From NCBI GenBank assembly GCA_032718475.1, contig JAUCBJ010002531.1, forward strand, positions 1 through 44,559: 44,559 nucleotides of DNA. Reading direction: 5' to 3'. This document shows, one piece after another, positions 36,336 through 44,559 of this stretch. This DNA comes from Nemertoderma westbladi (lineage: Eukaryota; Animalia; Xenacoelomorpha). The notes beneath the pieces are model-generated. The model saw only the letters and a list, made by a program, of their open reading frames with translations, searched no databases and had not been told where the DNA came from. Numbering within the stretch: the first letter of the stretch is position 1; each line of letters opens with the position of its first letter. Made by a program: the position numbers and the translations under genes.

Positions 36336-37452
36336 AAATTATATATTAGATTAGTGTGCTTCGCAAACAATTCATGATCTAAGTTAACGTAATATTTCAT
36401 GTGGGTGATTTGTCAACCTATATATGTCGGCCTTTGATGACTTTGGTAAAAAATGTCAACGAATTCTACAGTGATTCTCAAACCTCTTCCTGTCCCACCC
36501 TCCTTGTATTCTGGGCTTTTATCCTTAAACGTCTGCGATAGTAACATTGTTTATTGCACAGTTTTTACTCTAAATAGGAACTAAAGTTATAGTTAAATAA
36601 AGGTAGATCGTGAATTGTTTAAATAAAAATTAAAGTTAAAAGTTAAAAGTTAAAGTTAAATTAAAGTTAAACTATAATGAAAGCTGATAACAAAACTGAA
36701 AACTATAAATAATGACATAGATTTTCGAGATTTTCCGAATGCTTACATAAACATTTATACTACTTTTTTTATGTCTTATACAGTATTTGCAAATAAAAAT
36801 CTAATATAAAATAATTATTTGAATTATTTTTAGTGCCAGTGTATATTACTTCTTATTACTGTAATAGTAATATAGTAAATATTAGTTATATATAATAGTT
36901 ATAATTATTTCTATACAAATATTCTGAATCGTTGCAATACGTGTACGCTTCTTCTTAACCAACCCTTTAAACATAAAAAACACTAATTAATAAGAGGCTC
37001 TCCAAGAAACAGACTACGCCACCCACTAGTTTAGGGTTTCAGCATGTCACTTACCGCGTGCTTGTCAACCTTTTTAATTGGTGATTTCAGTAACTCATGC
37101 TGAGCGAAGTCTTGTGAGTATTTAACCCATTTTTTACCTATTCTCCGTTTTTGTCACACCCGTTGTTTATAAGTCCGTGAGAAAAACTATTGAAAATGGG
37201 AAAATCTCTTGTATTCCTGTTAAAGTTAACCCCCTAGAGCTGTTACACCCCCATGATTTCCGCCTACATACATATATTATTATGATAATTAGATGGTTGG
37301 TAAACAAAGCAAACTTATCAACCGTATCGCGGTAACAGGAAACGTTAGCTGAAACGTGGAGTTAAGAGGAATACGGAGGAGGAGGAGGGAGGGGGGGGGG
37401 GGGGGGGGGGGGTATACAGAGGCATTCTCTGTTGGGAACTCGTTGACATATT

Positions 37453-37884
37453 CAGAGGCGTAGCGGGCCCTTCTGGCGCCCAGGGGAAAGAAGCTGATAT
37501 ACCCCCCCCCCCCTCCCCCCCCCCTTCAATAATTTTAACTTTTCATTTATGGCGGTTTTTTTAAATATTATATAACACAATATAATATTTAAAAAAAACA
37601 TCTAAAAACAGTTTAGTAAAAGTATATAACTATATCAAATCTATTATACACAAGTTTGATATAGTGAAATTATAATACTGTATATTGAATGGCGAGCGAA
37701 ACGAGCAGAGAAAATTTTTACATTTTTCGCTTATGACACATGTCCTGTATACTGACTGTATCACAATCCCTGAAATTTCACTGATTTGTCTTATTTTTAC
37801 AAGAATACCTTCACATTTGCCTGGCATTTCAGCGCCCCCGGGTGAGTGTGCCTGGGGGAACATCCCCCCCTCGCTACGCCTCTG
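37453..37884. mobile_element. hAT-type MITE
   Basis: 13-bp TIR CAGAGGCGTAGCG / CGCTACGCCTCTG; perfect 8-bp TSD GACATATT (37445-37452, 37885-37892). Confidence 0.92.
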
Positions 37885-39295
37885 GACATATTACGCTAAA
37901 TAAATACGTGCAATCGCAATGATAATTTACATGACAGTGTGATAATTAGCAGTAGTTTTCAGCATTATGACCTTCGTGTATTATGTTTTATGTATCAAGA
38001 GAGCCCAGCGAGGTCCGTTTAATAACAAATAAATAAACAAGTGTCTTAATCGCTGGATAGAGTGGTAATCTTTTCATACAATGATGTACCTCATTTTGTT
38101 ACATTACGTCATCATAACGGCGTTCAGAACGTTTTATTATTCGCTTTAGTATTAAAATGTTTAGGAATATTGATCAAAATTATTCTTATAACTAGTGCAA
38201 TTACTTTCAGTTACTACTTACTATCACATCTATAGGAAAGATCTTAAACGTAGCATCGCATGCAAATGCAATGTCTATCACGCTATACTGAAATGTATTT
38301 TTTAGAGATTCTTTGATTTCTATTGTTTCTTTATTACTTTGTAGAATTTCGACCAATAGGCCGCAACGCTCCCAAATTTGTTCTAGGCAGGTGGCAGCAT
38401 TACCATATGATATCACCAGAGCTCTGAAAATATGATACAATGTTACAAAAACTATGTAACAATGCAACTATTAAGCTTTCATATACCAAAACAATCGATA
38501 TTTATATAACTATTTAACGCCTTATAACTAATGATTACCTAAGTATTGTTATATATTTAATGTTTTTTTCACTTGTTTAGTTGGTTCGGATCGGATCTAC
38601 ATACATGTTGGACGTTGGCCTCCAGTAGTATGGTCTGTTCGCAGTCACAGAAACCTACACTCTACTTATAGGAATGCAATTACTGGTTGTTTTTAACAAC
38701 TGTAATTATTAAATGGGTCTCTAATCTGATACTAACAATACTATGTATCATTATACAGTATGATGATTTAATTATTATCGCTACCCATCATGGCGCTACC
38801 TTAACTAATTTGGAAACTTTGCCGCCCACCCCATCCCCCCAGTGGAAATGGATCCCGTACGCTCATTGATCTACGTCTATTACTATATTACCCCAGAGGC
38901 GTGCTGTGGCGTAGCGTACACAAATTGAGAAACAAACGATAGTAAATTGTAAATTTTGAAAATATAATATCAATAAAATATAATAGTTGTTGATAGTAAA
39001 TCTTGAAAATTGAAACCAAATATTTAAATATCAAAAATTTTACTTCGATTTGCTCGTTCACTGAATTCTCGTTCAATTATCAGTCAAAACAAATATTGAA
39101 ACACGAACATATAATTAGATAATGGCAAAGGGTAAAAGGAAGCAAATTAATAAAGACGATTTCAAGGGATACAACATTCATGATATATTGTATACATCAA
39201 AGCGTTTCGCTAACTTCATCAGTAGTGGTTGGTTGAGTTGTACAGTACGGTATAATACAATAATAAGAAAGGCCACCTGAAGTTAATTCTTTTAA

Positions 39296-41153
39296 CCCTT
39301 TCCGGCCGACTGTATATTTTTGTATACACTGAATTTATTTCACTACGGATTGCATAATTTTAACTAATTATAGTTGGTTTCATCCAATTGTGGCACTATC
39401 ACACTTCCTTTATTTAGAAATTACCGATTCTGATTGGATAATTGTAGTAGAAGGCTTCAATGAACGATTTTAGATGCCGTGTTTTCAGGTATTGACATGA
39501 TGACTACCTGGTATAGGAAAGATGGTTATTTAAACGCTTTGGCAAAGCGATATTGAGAATTTTGATTGGGTATTCCAAAGATGGATTGTCCAATGAGATA
39601 ATAATACTTCCAGGATAAACTTTACAGTACATGTAGGCTGGTAGTGTTATTGATAAATCACTGTATACATTTGTCTACGTTAGGTTTATAAAGTTGGGGA
39701 GTAGAAGTGGTGCAGCCCCTGTTGTGGAGTAGATGTGGTGCAGCACCGTTGGGGAGTAGATATGATTCAGCCACCGTTTGGGTGATGTGGTGCATCCACC
39801 ATTGGGGTGTAGGCCTAGATGTGGTGCAGCCACCATAGGGGAGTCGATGTTGACCATTGGGGTGTAGATGTGGCGCAGCCACCATGGGGAGTAGATGTTG
39901 ACCATAGGGTAGTAGAGGTGATGCAGCCACCATTGTGGATAGATGTGGTGCAGTCACCATTGTGGAGTAGATGTGGCGTAGAACCATAGGGGAGTAGATG
40001 TTGACCATTGTGCCTTGGGAGTAGAAGTGATGCAGCCACTATTGGGGAGTAGATGTGGCGCAGTCACTATTGGGCCTTGGGAGTAGATGTAATGCAGCCA
40101 CAATGGGGAGTAGATGTGGCGCAGTCACCATTGGGGAGTAAATCTAGCACACCCACCATTAGGGAGTAGATGTGATGCAGCCACTATTTGGGAGTAGATG
40201 TGGCGCAGTCACCATTGGGCCTTGGGAGTAGATCTGATGCAGCCACTAATGGGGAGTAGATGTGTCGCAGTCACCATTGGGGAGTAAATCTGGCGCACCC
40301 ACCATTGATAAGTAGATGTGGTGCAGCCACCATTGGTGAGTAGATGCTGACCATTGATGAGTAGATGTGGTGCAGCCACCATAGTGGAGTAGATGCTGAC
40401 CATTGATGAGTAGATGTGGTGTAGCGACCAATGGAGTAAATGTTGACCATTGGGGAGTAGATGTGGTGTAGCCACCATATGGAGTAGATGTTTACCATTG
40501 GGCCTTGGGAGTAGATGTGATCCAGCCACCATTGGGGAGTAGATGTGGTGCAGCCACCGTTGGGGAGTAGATGTTGTACACCCACAGTATACAGGCAGGG
40601 CAGATAGACATACAAACAATTGAAAAAAGTCAGTCAATACTGTTTTTTTCAAACTTGAACAAAACTGACAGAAAAAAACCTTCACTGTATAATTCTTCAT
40701 TTTAAGTTTTTTGTCGCACTGTGTTGGTTTTAAACAACGTGTGTTGTGAAAACACACAAAATTATAAAATTTTGGCATTTTGGCAAATTTCACAGTATTG
40801 ACAGCTTTTTATTACCAAAAAACATAATTTAAATTTTTATAATTAAAATTGCCTGCTCGTTGCATGCTTTGTTTATTCTACATATATATATATATATATA
40901 GAGAGAGAGAATATACTTACTATACGATTTATGTATGTAAGTACTTACAATCTAGAGTTCGTATACAAAAGTATACATTGGGAACATGTTTCATATACCT
41001 AACGTATACTTTTGTATACAATAAAAAAAACAACATTGGAAATAATTTTTTGAAAATTTTTTCATCGAAAATTATTATTTGGTGTATAATTAACCCATTA
41101 ACAAGACCAACCAATTTTTTTTCCTAAATTAAATTAATTCAGGCCGGAAAGGG
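39296..41153. mobile_element. Non-autonomous piggyBac-like transposon
   Basis: 12-bp TIR CCCTTTCCGGCC / GGCCGGAAAGGG with TTAA on both sides (39292-39295, 41154-41157); no transposase. Confidence 0.88.
39693..40577. repeat. GC-rich compound minisatellite (about 28-bp and 21-bp variant units)
   Basis: GGGGAGTAGATGTGGTGCAGCCACCATT interspersed with the shorter GGAGTAGATGTTGACCAT and a GGGCCTT-extended variant; over 30 units. Confidence 0.93.
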
Positions 41154-42231
41154 TTAATATGAAACTAAGACAGAGAGGGTGGGCTGGGCGGGCAGCATTA
41201 TTCTATCACAAATAATAATAACTTCTATTAAATGTACGCCAATAACTAACTGCACACACAGGGTAATTGGCGTTATTCAGTACGTGGAGTTGTGATCCGA
41301 TTCACGGGTTAATTATACTGATCCCAAACCAGATATGATGGAAATTAGTTCAGTTATAATTTTATTTTATTATTTTATCTATAATAAATAGTTTTACTCT
41401 CGATGACCGATTAATCTTACAGTAAATAATTTTATGAAAAGTTCTATCTAAAAATCTAAAGTTGTAAAATAAAATACCATGCCTTTTATGGTTTTTGTCG
41501 GGATTTTTATTCGTAAATACGAGATTTTGCATAATTAATGTCAAATGACAACAAAGAGAGCTAATTATGGGAAAATTCCAATGACACTTCAATCACATTT
41601 GGAGTGCCATTTTCAAGATGAGAGGCCGTTGTCAAAAATATAATAACTAGATGCAGAGAAATGTTTTATAAGAAGTTATATCGCTGACCTCAACGCTCAA
41701 AACACTAATGGTATGAAGCAAGTCAGAGTATGAATTTGAATTTTATGAATTAATTAGGGGCAAAATTCCCATGATACTTCAATAACCCTTGGTTGGAGTG
41801 GCAACTTCAAGATGTCATCCCATTGCGAAAAGTATGAGAAGGTGATTAATGAGGTTGTAAGTTGAATGTCGTTGACCTATGAACTGAATTCTAACTGTAG
41901 GCTGTTTAAATTATTTCAATGTTTCTGTACTTATGCTACTTTACTGCAACGCAGCCACAGCCTCCATAATGTTACGATTACATCAGTTCTTTAATGAGTG
42001 GTTGTCCAGCCTAAATTAGTAGTTAGAGTATATAATTAATCATTGTCGCCGTGATGGTTCATGGTTAATGTACACTACCCTTTCATTGTAGCGAGTGGTT
42101 AAAGACGGCCAAGTACTGTAGGGTTGAGCACAGTGGCAGCATATGACGGTATTGACAGGTGGGAGGCCATGATGAGGTAAATTGCGGGCATACAAGGTAT
42201 CAGGTAGTATTTCCAGGTCTATCTTTTACCT

Positions 42232-42486
42232 GAGCCGCTAGCTAAATGGCTAGAGCTTCAGACTTCCAACCCGGAGGTCACCAGTTCGATCCCACATGGA
42301 CGTCATTGCCGACTTTGCAAAGCTGTGCCCAACAAAAGTTATAATAGTAGGTATCCATGTTTTTAGCTAACTGTTTAACGTAATTTAGTATTTAGTATAT
42401 TTGGTCTGTATATTGTGGTTGTATTGTGCAGTTCTGTTGTACCAAGCGCCTTGATCTACTGCACTTTTGTAAAGGCGCTATATAAA

Positions 42487-42516
<30 letters not shown>
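42232..42516 (+). mobile_element. tRNA-derived SINE with an L2-like 3' tail
   Basis: A box TAGCTAAATGG, TCC anticodon-like loop, B box AGTTCGATCCC; 3' AAGCGCCTTGA...AAGGCGCTATATAAAT followed by (ATT)n. Confidence 0.72.
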
Positions 42517-42517
<1 letters not shown>

Positions 42518-43884
42518 CCTATTTTGGATGTTGGTTTAGATGTCGAATTATTTGGTTGCCTTTATGTATTTCTATTCTACCCCAGTTTTCCCTATTTTGG
42601 AAAACAATACAGTAAAGAAAGATATTTGGTTTATTTCATAGTTACTAAGTATTTTTATTCTTGTTTATTTATTCTAGTGATACCAAAGTGATACTAGTAA
42701 GAACAAACTATTATTATTGTCACAACTATCAGAGCGGCTCTTTTAAAATTTACATTATTGACAACTTTTTTCTTCAAGTAAATAATATCTTATCCCCGCC
42801 AATATACTGTACATCATCCCCGCCAATAATGCTGTATTTCACGTTTCGTAAAAATGTTGACATTGAGTTTTTCAAAAAGTGTTTTTTTAATAGGTAACTC
42901 GGGTTCTAGGCATGTAATACCAAGGTTGTTTCGAATATACTGTTTAGTTACTACCGGTACATATCTGCTATTTTAGTGTTAAGTTATGAACCTATTGAAC
43001 CTAAGTAACAGTTTTCTAAGGTGGAAAACTGGGGAAAATATAAATATGCTTCCATGTTTCCATGGCAACTAAATTTAATGAACACCTAAAACATGATCGA
43101 AGTTAGTACTCTGGTTAATAGGTACTGGTTAAGTACTAGTTAATACCGGCTTTTAGATTCGTAGAAATCGTCTTTTCGTTCATACCGGACACACAGTATA
43201 CTATTAGACTTGGCAGAGTCTGGTACAAATTCATTTATAAAAGTTGAGAAGAGTTTTAATAGAAACCACCATAGTACGGTTCCACCTAGACGTCAAAGCG
43301 GGAAGCTGCCTTTGCTAGCAGTGCTCCTGGAAAATTCTGTGATTTATTAAATAAACCGACTCATTCACCCAAAATACCAATAATATAGTTAATTAAAGAA
43401 TAAATTCACTCAAGTATAGAGTATCAAAACTAAGTACGACGGCAGTAAATCTATAACTTCAAAATCTATCGACAAAAAAAAGCGAAAAAGTAAAAATAGT
43501 CAATCAACTCTAATCAATCTTTGTATCTAAGCGTGCAGTAGCTGTTCTCCTATAGAGACCGAGTCAGGATGACAGCAGACACGATTACGAGTAATTTGGA
43601 GAATAGGTTGTTACCATGGTTGCACTTATCAGTAGAGCAGCAGTACACGGCGCAAGTGGTGGTTTCCACCTCAGATATGGCAGCATTACTCCAACCTGGA
43701 GAGAAAATGAAAGTGATTATTGAGTGCAATTTGGCTTAAAATACCTATATTGTCTATCATAAAGGTTTAATATAATATTATTAATATTAATAATAATATT
43801 ATATTACTGTAATTGTAACCGTAATAAACTACTTGTAATAGTCTATTGCAAAAGTAATGGATTTGCTGTCTGTATTTCCCGTAG

Positions 43885-44326
43885 GATTTTGGTAAGGTCG
43901 GTGTTGCAGCGTATGCTAGAGATGAAGGATGACCTGCTCCTACAATACCACATTACCTCTCTGTACGTATGCATGTAAAGGTGGATCTCACACTGGACAA
44001 TACTTGCAATATAGATGACTAATAATTGCCGTGGCAAGTATTTTTCTTAGTTCCACTAACATGCAGTATAGGTTTTATTTTAGCCACATTGATCACTGGA
44101 GGAGGGGCGAATGTAAATGCAGCACATTTCAAGACACATTGCTAGGGGGGTCCATACCAGAACGAAGTGGGTCATAATTACATGACCAGATGATGATGCC
44201 CTTTGTTATAGGGTGTGTACAGCCACAGCAGGTGGCAACTACTTTATGCTGCATGGATTTAGTAGATTTTCTGGATCAATAACCCAGTAGTGCTGCTGAC
44301 CTGGGAAACAAGGAATACCTTATATG
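43885..44326 (+). pseudogene. Possible decayed ankyrin-repeat gene exons
   Basis: After tttag at about 44083: TLITGGGANVNAA and RWQLLYAAW; upstream ARDEG*PAPTIPHY. Many stops, so weak support. Confidence 0.3.
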
Positions 44327-44559
44327 GTAATCCGTGCAACCAACAACAAAATGTATCTTCCAGTTGTATATCCAGCCTTTTTTAAACTCTGTTGTTATAT
44401 TTCCAGCCTTTTTTAAACTCTGTTGTTAACTGTTAATACAGTGGGGAAATTCTTCGGCATTCAATAATGAATGGATGCTTACATATTCTTCTCGGACATG
44501 CATGTCAGATGCAAATTTTATCTTAACTCATAAACTAAGTTATACACCATTTCCAATAA

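Noticed and set aside
4011-37412. Long G runs (4011, 10571, 29556, 37392) as G-quadruplex signals
   Set aside because: Homopolymers typical of MITE subterminal regions and error-prone in length; no further evidence.
39658-40793. His/Pro/Trp-rich minus-strand ORFs
   Set aside because: Minisatellite translations in several frames, with no splice or start context.

Overview
AT-rich eukaryotic (probably invertebrate animal) genomic DNA dominated by transposon debris. Host genes: the last two exons of an ecdysteroid-kinase-like (EcKL/CHK) gene (+, 5192-5626 and 7862-8143), an intronless class A 7TM GPCR (-, 32178-33320), an orphan Cys-rich ORF with two degenerate zinc-knuckle-like motifs preceded by a C2-domain-like segment (-, 12584-13592), a frameshifted orphan membrane-protein ORF (+, 25885-27092) and possibly a decayed ankyrin gene at the right end. 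Mobile elements: two RTE-clade LINE families with (TAG)n tails, a CRE-like RLE retrotransposon with a poly(A) tail and TSD, L2/CR1 fragments, up to three tRNA-derived SINEs, hAT-, piggyBac- and Merlin/MULE-like MITEs, a foldback element, and a DINE-1/HINE (Helentron)-like family. The most striking observation is that the central ~146-bp tandem units of the HINE-like elements each keep a CTCF-like core (CCGCTAGAGGG) plus a positionally fixed upstream module, giving mobile, co-oriented arrays of 7 putative CTCF sites. All family assignments come from motif recognition by eye; no database searches were run.
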